DNA of 64,000 bases from Candidatus Latescibacterota bacterium (GCA_965243025.1 CBDETY010000003.1:4064001-4128000), one strand, 5' to 3'. Positions 10,089-20,777 are shown, counted from the stretch's first letter. Program-made: numbers and translations. Notes: generated from the sequence alone by a model not told the origin.

Positions 10089-11117
10089 ATGGCCGACGAC
10101 ACGTTGCGGGCCGCGGTAATCGGAGGCGGACTCGGCGGCTCCCACGCCTACGCCTACGCCCGTTCCCCCCGGTACGACCTTGTCGCAATCTGCGACATCG
10201 ACCCCGGGGTCATGCCGCGGTTCTACGAGCGGGCCGAGATCCCCGCGGGCAGCATCGCCGAGTACACCGACTACCGCCTCATGCTGGAGCGGGAAAACCT
10301 CGACGTGGTCAGCGTCGCCACTCCCGACCACCTGCACGCCGACGCCACCTGCGACGCCTCGGAGGCCGGCGTCAGGGGGATCTTCTGCGAGAAACCAATT
10401 GCCACCACCCTGGAGGACGCCGACCGCATGATCGCCGCGGTGGAGGGGAACAGCACCTGCATGTCCGTCGACCACACCCGCCGCTGGATGCCCCGCTACC
10501 GGGAAATGCGCCAGGCGGTGCGCGACGGCGCGGTGGGAACCCTGACCCGCATCGTCGCCCACATGGGAGGGCCGCGGTCAATGCTCTTCCGCAACGGCAC
10601 CCACATCGTGGACGCGGTCTGCTACTATGCCGAGGCCGAGCCGGTCTGGGTGATCGCCGCCCACGAACAGGGCTTCGAGGAGTACGGCGTCGTGTACGAC
10701 GGCAAGGGGGGACGGGATCCGCAGTACGACCCGGGCTCGACTCTGGTCATCGAGTTCGCCAACGGCGTCCGCGCCCTGGTCAACAGCGCCAAGCTGACGC
10801 CGCAGTTCTCCGAGTACGACCTGATGGGGCCGGACGGACGCATCGTTGTCAGCGACCAGCACTGCCAGGTCTGGACCACCTCCGAGTCCCAGGGAAACCT
10901 TATCCCGGTCTCCTCCGACACCAGCCCCTCCTACCGGACACCCTTCGGCACCGCGCTCATTCCCCCGGTAGAGGAGCTCGCCGAGATGATCGCCGGGAGG
11001 GCCGAGAGCAGCTCGCCCCCGCGTCGGGCGCGCGACACCCTGGAAATCATGCTCGCCGCCCTGCGGTCCCAGGCACGGGGCAACGCGAGAATCGACCTGC
11101 CCCTCCGGAGGGAATGA
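10089..11117 (+). CDS. Gfo/Idh/MocA oxidoreductase
   Basis: AAVIGGG, DVVSVATPDHLH, IFCEKP; start reassigned to ATG 10089 after AGGAG. Confidence 0.9.
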   Translation: MADDTLRAAVIGGGLGGSHAYAYARSPRYDLVAICDIDPGVMPRFYERAEIPAGSIAEYTDYRLMLERENLDVVSVATPDHLHADATCDASEAGVRGIFCEKPIATTLEDADRMIAAVEGNSTCMSVDHTRRWMPRYREMRQAVRDGAVGTLTRIVAHMGGPRSMLFRNGTHIVDAVCYYAEAEPVWVIAAHEQGFEEYGVVYDGKGGRDPQYDPGSTLVIEFANGVRALVNSAKLTPQFSEYDLMGPDGRIVVSDQHCQVWTTSESQGNLIPVSSDTSPSYRTPFGTALIPPVEELAEMIAGRAESSSPPRRARDTLEIMLAALRSQARGNARIDLPLRRE

Positions 11118-11917
11118 CCATGGCCCTGACCCCTGAACAGAAGACCCATTTCGAGGAACAGGGCTACCTGCCCTTCGGCCGCGTCCTCTCCGACGGAGAG
11201 CTGAGCGCCCTGCGCCGGCGCAGCGAGGAGATAGCCCGGGGAGAAGCCGGCCACGTACCGGAGCGCTACGTCCAGCTGGAAGCCGCTTTCCGCCAGGGGG
11301 AGGGAGACGGCGTCGACCGCCTCGACCGGGTGCGCAAGATGACCCACCTGTGCTACTTCGACCCCCTGTTCGAAGCGGCCGCCCGCAGGGAGGCGATCGT
11401 CGACGTCATCGAGGAGCTGATGGGGCCCGACATCAAGCTCTACTGCGACCAGCTGATGATGAAGGCCCGCTACCACGGCACGGTCACCGACTGGCACCAG
11501 GACTCGGTGGCCTGGCCCCAGTTCGCGCCCCAGGACCACGTCTCCTGCTGGGTGGCCCTCGACGACGCCACGGTGGCCAACGGCTGCATGACCGTGCTGC
11601 CGGGAAGCCACAAGTGGGGGCCGATCACCCGCGAGCGGAAAGCCCGTTTCCTCGCCGATCCCCTGCTTCCCGAACCGGTGCCGGTGGAACTGCCGGCCGG
11701 CTCCTGCCTGTTCCACCACGGCCTCAACTTCCACCGCACCGGCGCCAACACCACTCCGGACCGGCGGCGCGGCCTGGCCCTGCACTACATCCGTTCCGAG
11801 ACCATGTACCTCGGCGCCGCAAGTGAGGACAACCGCATGTTGATGGAGTGCGAGAAGCCGCCGGGGGAGTTCCGCTTCATGCTGATCCGGGGGCGGGAGT
11901 TCGAGGGCCGGGTTTAG
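11114..11917 (+). CDS. PhyH family dioxygenase
   Basis: FEEQGYL, DWHQD, NGCMTVLPGSH, HRTGANTT..RR. Confidence 0.9.
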   Translation: MTMALTPEQKTHFEEQGYLPFGRVLSDGELSALRRRSEEIARGEAGHVPERYVQLEAAFRQGEGDGVDRLDRVRKMTHLCYFDPLFEAAARREAIVDVIEELMGPDIKLYCDQLMMKARYHGTVTDWHQDSVAWPQFAPQDHVSCWVALDDATVANGCMTVLPGSHKWGPITRERKARFLADPLLPEPVPVELPAGSCLFHHGLNFHRTGANTTPDRRRGLALHYIRSETMYLGAASEDNRMLMECEKPPGEFRFMLIRGREFEGRV

Positions 11918-12007
11918 TCAGGAATGGCTTGGAAGGGAAAGGCTGCGGCCTGGATGGCTGAATCAGATAACCATTGTTTTTCTACAGCACCCGAGGAGAT
12001 AACCAGA

Positions 12008-12247
12008 ATGGGAGCCAGATCCCATATCGCCAGATGGGGCGCCAGCCTGGCCGTGCGCATCCCCAAGCCAGTCGCGGAGCAGTGGGGCGTACAGGAAGGC
12101 TCCGCCATCGAGATGATCTCGCAGGGCGACCAGGTCGTGATGCGCAAGAAGGCCTATGACCTGGATGACATGGTGGACCGGGTGACGGAGGGCAATCTCC
12201 ATCCCGGGGCCGACACCGGCCCGGCCCGGGGCAACGAGGCTTGGTAA
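12008..12247 (+). CDS. AbrB/MazE-family antitoxin (orphan)
   Basis: IARWGASLAVRIPK, YDLDDMVDRVT..NLH, C-terminal GNEAW. Confidence 0.85.
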   Translation: MGARSHIARWGASLAVRIPKPVAEQWGVQEGSAIEMISQGDQVVMRKKAYDLDDMVDRVTEGNLHPGADTGPARGNEAW

Positions 12248-12278
12248 TTTTTCCCGATCTGATCCAACAGGTTCAAGA

Positions 12279-13511
12279 ATGAAAACATCGGACTTCCTCG
12301 TTGTCGGCGGCGGCATCTGGGGGCTTAGCACCGCCTATCACCTCGCCGCCCGCGGCGCCGGCAGCGTGCGCCTGCTGGAGCGCAACGCCGAACTCGCCGA
12401 CGAGACCACCCCGAGGGCCGCCGGCCTCGTCGGGCAGATCCGCTCCTCTCCGACCATGTGCGCGGCCATCCGCTACGCCCTCGACCTGCTCGAAGGTTTC
12501 GCCGCCGAGACCGGACACGACCCCGGCCTGCGCCGGCCCGGAAGCCTGTTGGTGGCCCTCACCGAAGAGCGCATGGAGGCGTACCGGAGGCTGATAGACC
12601 TCGCCGGCAGAACCGGGGTGCGGGCGTCGCTGACCGGCCGCGGCGAGATGAAGCGGATGTGCCCGGAGATGGAGGTCGAGCGGCTGGAAGGGGGCCTTTT
12701 CGTCGAGGGGGACGGGTACGTCGACGCGCGCCAGTGCGCCCTCGCCTACGCCGCCGCGGCGAGGGAGAAGGGCGTCGAAATCGAATGCGGGGTCGAGGTG
12801 GACGGCTTCACCTTTCAAGACGGCAGCGCGTGCGGCGTCAGCACCGGCAGCGGGCCAAGGGCCGCCGGGCGGGTGATCGTCACCTGCGGCCCCTGGACCG
12901 GGAGAATCGCCCGCATCGCAGGCCTCGAGCTGCCGATGCAGACGATCCGCCACCAGCGGGCCCGCACCGTGCCGGTCGGCGGCATCCCTGAGGATCACCC
13001 AACGGTCCGCGTCACCGACGCCAGCTGCTACCTGCGCCCCGACCAGGGCGGGTACCTCTTCGGCTTCTTCGAGCCCGAGCCCCACCTCGTTGACCTGGAC
13101 GAGCTCCCCGCCGGCTTCCGCAGCAGCGACGTCGCCGAGCCGCGGGAGACCATTGCCGAGGCCCGGCGCCGGCTGATTCCCTGCTTTCCGGTGCTCGCCG
13201 GCCTCGAGATTGCCGAGTACCGCCAGGGAATCACCAGCTTCGCCCCGGACGGCCGCTACCTCATCGGGCCGGTTCCGGGAGTCGAGGGGCTGATCGTCGC
13301 CTCGGGTTGCGCCGCGGTCGGCATCGCCGGGTCGGCCGCGGTCGGCCGCTGGCTCGCCGAGTGGGCAACCGGCGGCGAGCCCGGCGAGGAGCTGGAGGAG
13401 TTCGGGCTGCTCCGGTTCGGGGAACAGGCCGGGGACCGCGGCTGGGTGCGCGAGCGGAGCCGGGAGTTCTACGCCGGCTACTACAGCATCGAGTCCATGG
13501 AGGGCGGCTGA
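12279..13511 (+). CDS. FAD-dependent oxidoreductase (DAO / dimethylglycine dehydrogenase N-domain-like)
   Basis: VVGGGIWGLSTAYHLA, TTPRAAG, SFAPDGRYLIG. Confidence 0.85.
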   Translation: MKTSDFLVVGGGIWGLSTAYHLAARGAGSVRLLERNAELADETTPRAAGLVGQIRSSPTMCAAIRYALDLLEGFAAETGHDPGLRRPGSLLVALTEERMEAYRRLIDLAGRTGVRASLTGRGEMKRMCPEMEVERLEGGLFVEGDGYVDARQCALAYAAAAREKGVEIECGVEVDGFTFQDGSACGVSTGSGPRAAGRVIVTCGPWTGRIARIAGLELPMQTIRHQRARTVPVGGIPEDHPTVRVTDASCYLRPDQGGYLFGFFEPEPHLVDLDELPAGFRSSDVAEPRETIAEARRRLIPCFPVLAGLEIAEYRQGITSFAPDGRYLIGPVPGVEGLIVASGCAAVGIAGSAAVGRWLAEWATGGEPGEELEEFGLLRFGEQAGDRGWVRERSREFYAGYYSIESMEGG

Positions 13512-13550
13512 TCGGCCTTCGAGAAAACATGAGACAGGACGACAGAATAC

Positions 13551-14600
13551 ATGAGTGACGTGCGGATCGAAGAGGGGCGGCTGCAGGAGTTTGCGACGCG
13601 GATATTCACCGCCCTGGGAATGCCGGACGCCGACGCCGCGCTCGAGGCCGAGGTGCTCGTGTGGAGCAACATGCGCGGCGTCGACTCGCACGGCGTGCAG
13701 CTCGTCGAGGCGTACATCGACTGGGTCGACAAGGGGTACGTGCGGCCGCGGCCGAACGTGCGGATCGAGAAGGAGACCCCGGCGATCCTGCTGATGGAGG
13801 CCGACCACGCCTTCGGGCCGGTCGTCACCGTGCCGGCGATGAACAAGGCGATCGCCAAGGCCCGTGACGTCGGCATCGGCTGGGGCCTCATCCGCAACAC
13901 CCGCCACCAAGGATGCATGGCCTACTACACCCACCTGGCGGCCGCGCAGGGAATGGTCGGCATCGCCGTGGTGACAAGCTGCCCGGCCAACATGGCGCCC
14001 CCGGGGGCGAAGACGGGAGGCACCCACAACAGCCCGATCGCCATCGCCGCCCCGGGGCGCAACCGCGTGCCGATCAGCCTCGACATGGCGACCAGCGTCG
14101 TCGCCCAGGGCAAGATCGGCGTGGCCCTCGACAAGGGACTGGCGATTCCCGACGACTGGGCCCTCGACGAGGACGGCAACGTCACCACCGACCCGGCAAA
14201 AGCGGAGTTCGTGCGCCCCGCCGCGGGCTACAAGGGGTACGGCCTGGCGCTGCTGTTCGAGTGCATGTCGAGCCTGATGTCCGGCAACCCGCTGCTGACG
14301 ACGTGGCTGCACGGCGGGGACGTCGGCTGGGGCACGCAGAACAGCTTCGTCGCCGCCCTCGACATCGCCACCTTCACCGACCTCGACGCCTTTCGCGACG
14401 ACGTCGACCAGCTCGCCGAAACCATGGCCGGACTGCCGACCCACGAGGGGGCCGGTCCGCTGAAGGTCCCCGGCGACCTCGAGCAGGAAGCGTTCGAAGA
14501 GAGATCGGCGCGCGGCATTCCGCTGCCGGCCGGAACGGTGGCCAAGCTGCAGGCCGCGGCCTCCCGCTTCGGACTCGACCTGCCTTCCGAGCTGGCCTGA
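13551..14600 (+). CDS. Ldh_2 family oxidoreductase (malate/lactate/ureidoglycolate/sulfolactate dehydrogenase-like)
   Basis: RGVDSHG, LDMATS, GYKGYGLAL. Confidence 0.9.
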   Translation: MSDVRIEEGRLQEFATRIFTALGMPDADAALEAEVLVWSNMRGVDSHGVQLVEAYIDWVDKGYVRPRPNVRIEKETPAILLMEADHAFGPVVTVPAMNKAIAKARDVGIGWGLIRNTRHQGCMAYYTHLAAAQGMVGIAVVTSCPANMAPPGAKTGGTHNSPIAIAAPGRNRVPISLDMATSVVAQGKIGVALDKGLAIPDDWALDEDGNVTTDPAKAEFVRPAAGYKGYGLALLFECMSSLMSGNPLLTTWLHGGDVGWGTQNSFVAALDIATFTDLDAFRDDVDQLAETMAGLPTHEGAGPLKVPGDLEQEAFEERSARGIPLPAGTVAKLQAAASRFGLDLPSELA

Positions 14601-14620
14601 AACCGAAACAGGAGAACAGC

Positions 14621-15421
14621 ATGCGACTCAAGGACAGGAACGCCATCGTCACCGGCGCCGGGGGCGGCATGGGCCTAGGCATATCGAAATGCCTGACGCG
14701 CGAAGGGGCCGCCATCGTTGCCACCGACATCGACGGCGGCAGGGCGCAGGCCACCGCCGACCAGCTCGGGAGCGAGGGGGCAACCGCAATCGCCATCGCC
14801 GCGGACATAACCGATGAATCCGCCTGCCGGGACCTCGTCTCACAGGCGATCGAGCGCCTCGGCGCCATCGACATCCTCGTCAACAACGCCGGCCACTTCG
14901 GCACCATCGTCGGCGCCCCGTTCACCAACTTCACCGGCGAGGAGTGGGACAGCAACTACGACGTGCACGTCAAGGGCCCCTTCTTCCTCTGCAAGGCGAT
15001 CGCCCCGCACATGATCGAGCGGCGCTACGGCAAGATCGTCAACATCTCTTCCGCCGCCGCCAGACGCGACCCGACCTTCCTGCCGACCTACGCGGCGGCC
15101 AAGAACGCCATGCTCAGCCTGACGCGGCTGACCGCCAAGGACCTGGGACCGCACAACATCACCGTAAACGCCGTGTGCCCCGGGTTCGTGTGGACAAACT
15201 TCTGGCACACCCTGGCCCCGAAGATCGCCGAGGTCGATCCCGCCTATGCCGGCAAGACCCCCCGCGAGGTGTTCGACCTGTTCATCGCCAACTCGACGCC
15301 GATGCAGCGCGAGCAGTCCCCGGAGGACATCGGCAACATGGTCGCCTTCCTCGCCTCGGACGAGGCGCGCAACGTCACCGGCCAGACCATAAACGTCAGC
15401 GGCGGAATGGTCCTGGACTGA
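14621..15421 (+). CDS. Short-chain dehydrogenase/reductase
   Basis: TGAGGGMG, LVNNAG, YAAAK, VNAVCPG. Confidence 0.92.
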   Translation: MRLKDRNAIVTGAGGGMGLGISKCLTREGAAIVATDIDGGRAQATADQLGSEGATAIAIAADITDESACRDLVSQAIERLGAIDILVNNAGHFGTIVGAPFTNFTGEEWDSNYDVHVKGPFFLCKAIAPHMIERRYGKIVNISSAAARRDPTFLPTYAAAKNAMLSLTRLTAKDLGPHNITVNAVCPGFVWTNFWHTLAPKIAEVDPAYAGKTPREVFDLFIANSTPMQREQSPEDIGNMVAFLASDEARNVTGQTINVSGGMVLD

Positions 15422-15545
15422 AAGCCCGGCTCAGTCCGGCTGCTGGGTCTGGAACGGCCGCGGTCATGTGCCGAGTCCCGGGATAAAACAGTCGGCCGCA
15501 ATCCCGGAAGGCCCTTCCCTGACCGTAACCGGAATCGGTCGAAGG

Positions 15546-16277
15546 TCAGAAGTGGTTCCGCATCAGGTGCGTGATCTCATTGGCGCGGCAGTAAAACCTG
15601 GCAGTTTCCGCATCCTCCGACCGGCAGAGACGGCGGGGAAAGATGGTGTGGTTGGCCATCGCCGGCTGTGAACTTCGCCCGATCCAGCAGTGGACGGAAC
15701 GACGCTCCTCTGCGGTCTTCCTGAAATTCAACGCGTGGAGAATCGCCCCGTTGCACAGGATTGCGGTGCCCGGTTCTCCGGTTATGTGGACCGCCGAATC
15801 CAAGTCATAATCCTCGATGGGTGGGAACTCCCGACCTTGTGAGCTTCCGGGGATCACGCTGAAGCAATGAGTATCGTCCCCTACCCGCGTCAGGTAGATG
15901 ACCAGATGCAGCAGGTAGGTGTAGCAGGGAGGCGACATCGGCCTGGTCCCGTCCCGGTGCCATTCGCACTGTGACGGGCCGTCCGGATTCGGCGGCCGGA
16001 TAACGACCTCATGCTGGTCGGCGCAAAGGTCCGCCCCCATGATTCCTTCCATCAAGGGAACCAACCCCGGCGGTCGCATGGTCACGTCGAACTCCGGACG
16101 GGACAACAACACGAGACTGTTGCGCACACCGGGGTAATGCCCGCGACGCCACAGCCGCCGGTTCTCCCTCAGGTCCGCGTCGATGGCGGCGTTGATTTCG
16201 CCGACTTCCTCGAGGCTGAGCGAGTCCGGGATTACGCAGTACCCGTCCCGAGCGTAGTCGGCCAGCTGGTTTTTCAT
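15546..16277 (-). CDS. PhyH family dioxygenase
   Basis: YARDGYCVI, WHRD, FSVIPGS, ILHA. Confidence 0.8.
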   Translation of the reverse strand: MKNQLADYARDGYCVIPDSLSLEEVGEINAAIDADLRENRRLWRRGHYPGVRNSLVLLSRPEFDVTMRPPGLVPLMEGIMGADLCADQHEVVIRPPNPDGPSQCEWHRDGTRPMSPPCYTYLLHLVIYLTRVGDDTHCFSVIPGSSQGREFPPIEDYDLDSAVHITGEPGTAILCNGAILHALNFRKTAEERRSVHCWIGRSSQPAMANHTIFPRRLCRSEDAETARFYCRANEITHLMRNHF

Positions 16278-16300
16278 GGTTCACCGATGTGAAGGGGGGT

Positions 16301-17054
16301 TCATCCGCCTCGGACGGCATCAGGCGTGAATGCCAAAAGGATGGTGTCGGAGAACATCCGCCAAACCACGGCAACCTCGTCAAATCCGGCCCGGTCCATC
16401 GTCCTGATCAGGTCCTCGGAGGCATGGCCGTATTCAACGTCCTTTCCGGCGGCCTTCATCTTTCGCTTGAAATCCATCCGGGCGTCGATCTCCGCCCGGG
16501 TAGCTTCCCCGGAAGCGATTGCCCGTTGGAAGTGAAGCTGACGGAAGCGGGACGACTGCATGCGGACCTTCTCTCCCGGAGCGGGTCCCATGCTCATCGC
16601 GTCGAACAGGATGAAACAGCCACCGGGACTCAGCGCGCCAGCGATCCTTGCAAACAGCGCCGGGAGATCGTCCGGATTCACGTGGTGAATGGCTTTGGCG
16701 GAAATTGCAAGGTCACACCCCGGGATTTCACAGTTGACCATGTCGGCTTCCCCCCCCACCACCCGGCGCGAATGCATCTCGAGCTTCTTTCTCCGCGAGA
16801 GAAAGCATCTCCGGTTCGCTGTCCATACAGGTCCCGGTGGCGTTCGGGAACCGTTCCAGCACACGTGCGGTCGGTTCCGCCGTACCGCATCCAAGTTCCA
16901 CGAACTTGAAGGTATCGTTCGGATCAAAGGGGATGAGATCCACCATCATCTCCAGACCCTTGCTGTAGGGCGGGCTCAGAATGGGTTGAAGCCGATCATA
17001 CGACTCCGCGACAGCTGCGAAATACTCGCCACTTACAGTTGGCTGAAAATCCAT
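16301..17054 (-). pseudogene. Class I SAM methyltransferase, frameshifted
   Basis: VELGCGT motif I in ORF 16728-17054; continuation (CDLAISAKAIHH..LSPGGCF) in ORF 16301-16927; shift near 16790. Confidence 0.75.
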
Positions 17055-17109
17055 GTTCCATTCTTTCCGGCGGACGCTTTCCGATCACCAGGGATTCCTG
17101 AGTCGTGGT

Positions 17110-17694
17110 TCATGCGGTGCCCGGACAGCTCTTTTGGGTTGAACCCTGCGTTCTGTCCCGCTCCAGAGTGTCGAGGAACCTGGCCACATCGCCATTGGAC
17201 TGCAGGATCACGACCCTCTTTTCGTTCATCACCCCTTCCAGCAGCTGCAATACGCCCGGCAAACGCGTCTTCGGGTAGTCCCAGATCCACTCGAGGAATT
17301 CGCGATCCGGCAGCTTCTCGATGCAGCCAGGATGCAGGTCCGGACGACTGCGTCCCCTGCCTTTGAACCCCCGCTTGAACACCCGGTACAAACAGGTGAA
17401 CCGAGACAGGGCCATCAGGATTACCGTGTCGCTGGCGGCTATCCGTTCCTTCATGGTGCCGCCGTAGTTGCCGTCCATTATCCAGGACTCGCGAGCGAGA
17501 AGTTCCCGATGCCGGCGTTGCCATTCCTCCGGCGGGGGCCTTTCCCAGTCGGGTCCCCAGAAAACGGAATCGAGGTGGATGACCGGCAGATTCAGCAGGG
17601 ATCCCAGTTCGACGGCCAGGGTAGACTTTCCCGCACCGCCGCAGCCGATAATCGAGACCTTTCGCATTTGATAGCCGGAACGCTCTGAGTCCAT
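17110..17694 (-). CDS. P-loop kinase, topology-modulation (FlaR)-like
   Basis: IIGCGGAGKST, IHLD, WIMDGNY, EFLEWIW. Confidence 0.85.
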   Translation of the reverse strand: MDSERSGYQMRKVSIIGCGGAGKSTLAVELGSLLNLPVIHLDSVFWGPDWERPPPEEWQRRHRELLARESWIMDGNYGGTMKERIAASDTVILMALSRFTCLYRVFKRGFKGRGRSRPDLHPGCIEKLPDREFLEWIWDYPKTRLPGVLQLLEGVMNEKRVVILQSNGDVARFLDTLERDRTQGSTQKSCPGTA

Positions 17695-17786
17695 GCCGGA
17701 GAGCTCTCTCCCGCCTACCGAATCGGCATCATCTTGCGGCTCCTGGCCCGGTCATTGTGGCAGCGACCGTCCAGCGCCTGGCCATG

Positions 17787-18482
17787 TCATGGCGCCTTCC
17801 CTGCGATCGAACGGATCGCCGAAGGCAGGGACTCCAGGTCCGTAATAGTGGCATCCGGGAGCTCATCCGGAACCCGCGGCTCGAGGGCGGCGTACCTGCC
17901 CTGCCGGAACCATACGGTCCGGAGCCCCAGCCTTTTTGCCGGGATGATATCGTTGTCCAGGCGGTCGCCGATCATGACCGCTTCCGAGGGGGAACATCCG
18001 GCGCGTTCGAGGATTGTGCGGAAGAAAGCTTCGTCAGGTTTCTTGATCCCCAGACTTCCCGACACCTCCCTGTGGCGGAACCAGCGCAACACCCCCAGTT
18101 CGTCCAGGTTCTCCGTGATCCTCGCCGGGGCGTTGCCGGCCAGCGCAAGCGTGTACTCTTTGGCCAGCTGTTCGAGGACCGCCGCGATTCCGGGATGCAA
18201 CCTGAACCCGAGAGCCCAGATTTCCGGATAGTGTGACCGCACTTTCCTGGTGATCTCGTTGAACAGGCGCACGTCGGGCCTGGCATAATGCCAGGTTATG
18301 GCGTGCATGGGACTCGGGACGAACTGCCGCATTTTTTCGTGATCGAGCTGCCGGTATTCTTCCGTCGACAGCTCGAAGCCAAATCTGGCAAGAGCAGCTC
18401 GATGCGCCTCCTGCAGGACTTCCTGGTGCCCCGGGGTGTCCAGAATGGTCTCCCCGACATCGAACAGCAGCAAAGAAATCAT
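17787..18482 (-). CDS. HAD-family hydrolase
   Basis: LFDVGET, KKPD, MIGDRLDNDI. Confidence 0.9.
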   Translation of the reverse strand: MISLLLFDVGETILDTPGHQEVLQEAHRAALARFGFELSTEEYRQLDHEKMRQFVPSPMHAITWHYARPDVRLFNEITRKVRSHYPEIWALGFRLHPGIAAVLEQLAKEYTLALAGNAPARITENLDELGVLRWFRHREVSGSLGIKKPDEAFFRTILERAGCSPSEAVMIGDRLDNDIIPAKRLGLRTVWFRQGRYAALEPRVPDELPDATITDLESLPSAIRSIAGKAP

Positions 18483-19330
18483 CGCACTTTCCGGTTGATT
18501 TTCGGCAAGTGTCCCCGGCGGGCAAGCAGGACAACCGTACCACCGCCATTCTCCCTGCGCTCTTCCCAGATCAATTCAGATGACAGAAATCCCGCCTCCC
18601 GCAAAACAGCGGTGTGCTCCTCGAGGCTGAGGGTGACGTCGTAGTTCCAACCTGACCGGTCTCCATCGGGCAGCTTTGAAACGTAGTCGTGGAAAACATG
18701 ATCGTCTTCAAACCGGTCGCCCGGATGGGCAGATTGATCCCCTTCGACAAGAAACCCGTTTGGCTTCAGGGCTCGAAGAATCCTGGTATAGACCACTTTT
18801 CGATTCGGCGGCGGAAGGTGGTGAAGAGCGAGTATGGAGATAGCATAATCGAAGGCTTGTTCACCCATGTCGATGTCAAGACAGTTCCCGTGAATCAGGG
18901 AAATCTGATCCATATGGTTTGAAAACTTCCGCTGCAGGCGTTCAAGCATTCCCCTGGCTATATCAATACCGGTGACATGGGCATGTGGCGCCCTTTTGAA
19001 GAGATATGGCAGCGCCAGTCCAGTTCCACATCCGACATCCAGCACCTTCAGTTTTTCTTTGGTTTCCGGAATTTGACCAAGGACCGCTTCATAGAACGGA
19101 TCAACCTCTTCGGGAATCCCGAATTTCTCATCCCAGACTTCCGCAGTTGCGCTGAAAAACTCTTCGAGATGCTGCATTCCTCCATCGAGCATCCAATCCG
19201 GCAGGACGGCGTTCTCCGGTATGGGGGCCCTGGTCACCCTTCCGGCGATTTCTTCGAACCTCTGATTGACTCTTTCTCTGTCTGTAACTTCTTCAACCAC
19301 GTGCTTTCTCTTTGTTAATACTTTGCCCAA
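18479..19330 (-). CDS. Class I SAM methyltransferase
   Basis: VLDVGCGTG, TGIDI, LALHH, LKPNG. Confidence 0.85.
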   Translation of the reverse strand: MGKVLTKRKHVVEEVTDRERVNQRFEEIAGRVTRAPIPENAVLPDWMLDGGMQHLEEFFSATAEVWDEKFGIPEEVDPFYEAVLGQIPETKEKLKVLDVGCGTGLALPYLFKRAPHAHVTGIDIARGMLERLQRKFSNHMDQISLIHGNCLDIDMGEQAFDYAISILALHHLPPPNRKVVYTRILRALKPNGFLVEGDQSAHPGDRFEDDHVFHDYVSKLPDGDRSGWNYDVTLSLEEHTAVLREAGFLSSELIWEERRENGGGTVVLLARRGHLPKINRKVR

Positions 19331-19396
19331 TCTCTTTTAGGCAACCTCCTGGCGGCTTCCGGAGGGCGATGCCACTCGGCGAAACGTCGTGGATGG

Positions 19397-20245
19397 CTAC
19401 TCTACATCCGTGTCGGTCGTGAAACCGGTACGGGCGGTTGCGACATCAATATCGGGACGGCATGCCTCAACGAGGCCGAAGATCTCGAGAACGATTGTTT
19501 CCAGCTCCTTTATGGCGTCAACGGATCCGTTCTGAAAAACGGACTGCCACCTGCCCGGGATGTTGGGTGGCGCCGCCTCCAGTCGGGACAGAAGGAGCGG
19601 GACCCGCTTGTACTCGCTCGGCTGATACATCCGGTTGAGGCCGTGGAGCAGGCCGAGGATGGAGTTTCCCACGCCGCTCATCGCCTCCAACAGATACAGG
19701 TGATCCTCCCGATTCCGGGCGTAGATCTCCGGGATCCAAAGAGGGTCCATGGAAAGGTTCTCCTCGAGCACGTTTCGCTGCAGTCCGTCGGGGTACCTGG
19801 AGATCTTCGACTTCCATTTTTCGATAACCCCGGTGTCATGCAATGAAAGGGACTCGAGCAATCCTCCCAGGAGGCCTTGCTTTTCGCGATCGGTGTCGTG
19901 GCGGCACATGACATCTTCGATTGCAGACTCATAACTGCTTACGCGTACGTGTTCGATATCGACCCGATGCCCCGCGGCCCGAAAGCAGTCCCTCAAAATC
20001 CCCCGATCCAGCTTGTTGTCATGTTGTTTCCACCCTTCCCCCTGAAGTCCAGCGACGACTTCGGACCGAAAACGTTCGCTCGGGTAGTCATGGCAGAAAA
20101 CGAAAAGGTCGAGATCGGAACTTGGATCGGCAATGCCCCGCGCTACCGACCCGCCAAGGACTACTCCGGCCACCTCGGGCAGTTCAGTGTAGCACTTGGC
20201 GATCTGCGCACCGACCTTCACCCCGCTCTCGGACTCAGGGGTCAT
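19397..20245 (-). CDS. Nucleotidyltransferase-domain protein (DUF4037-like)
   Basis: LGGSVARGIADPSSDLD motif. Confidence 0.75.
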   Translation of the reverse strand: MTPESESGVKVGAQIAKCYTELPEVAGVVLGGSVARGIADPSSDLDLFVFCHDYPSERFRSEVVAGLQGEGWKQHDNKLDRGILRDCFRAAGHRVDIEHVRVSSYESAIEDVMCRHDTDREKQGLLGGLLESLSLHDTGVIEKWKSKISRYPDGLQRNVLEENLSMDPLWIPEIYARNREDHLYLLEAMSGVGNSILGLLHGLNRMYQPSEYKRVPLLLSRLEAAPPNIPGRWQSVFQNGSVDAIKELETIVLEIFGLVEACRPDIDVATARTGFTTDTDVE

Positions 20246-20777
20246 GGCTGTGCTTTTCCGACTGGTCGGGGTTCACCGCTTCGTCCCAGGGAATCGAGTT
20301 CGTTTCCACTGCCCGCCGGACACTGCCAAGCCAGACGGGCCAGTACCAGGAAGTACTTCCCCCGCCGGGAAGCAGCCTCTTGTCAATTGGAGGTCTCTCC
20401 TCGTGTTCGGCCCGACTTTTCAGGTACGGCTCGAGCTCGGAGTACGGAATCCATGCGTACGGACCTCTTTCAAGATAGGATTCATTGTCGTTTGGGAGCG
20501 GATGGTTGGTCACAAGTTGTGCGGGAACAAAGGGAACTTCCGCGAAGAACAAGGCAAAGCCATTGTCTATCACTGGCTCCTGGTCCCTGATCGTGGCGAG
20601 CAGATCATCCCGCAGGAAGTAGCCTCTTGTCTCTTCCTCCGTTTCTCTGGCCGCTGTTTCAGCCGCGCTCTCCCCATCATACGGACTTCCTCCGTAACCG
20701 GCCCAACCTCTGTCCTTTTCCCGGTGATCCGCGAGAAGCAGAAATACCTCATCTCCGGCTTTGAAGTAGAGCACCAT
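20235..20777 (-). CDS. NUDIX-domain protein
   Basis: GG...GESAAETAARETEEET Nudix box. Confidence 0.7.
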   Translation of the reverse strand: MVLYFKAGDEVFLLLADHREKDRGWAGYGGSPYDGESAAETAARETEEETRGYFLRDDLLATIRDQEPVIDNGFALFFAEVPFVPAQLVTNHPLPNDNESYLERGPYAWIPYSELEPYLKSRAEHEERPPIDKRLLPGGGSTSWYWPVWLGSVRRAVETNSIPWDEAVNPDQSEKHSHDP

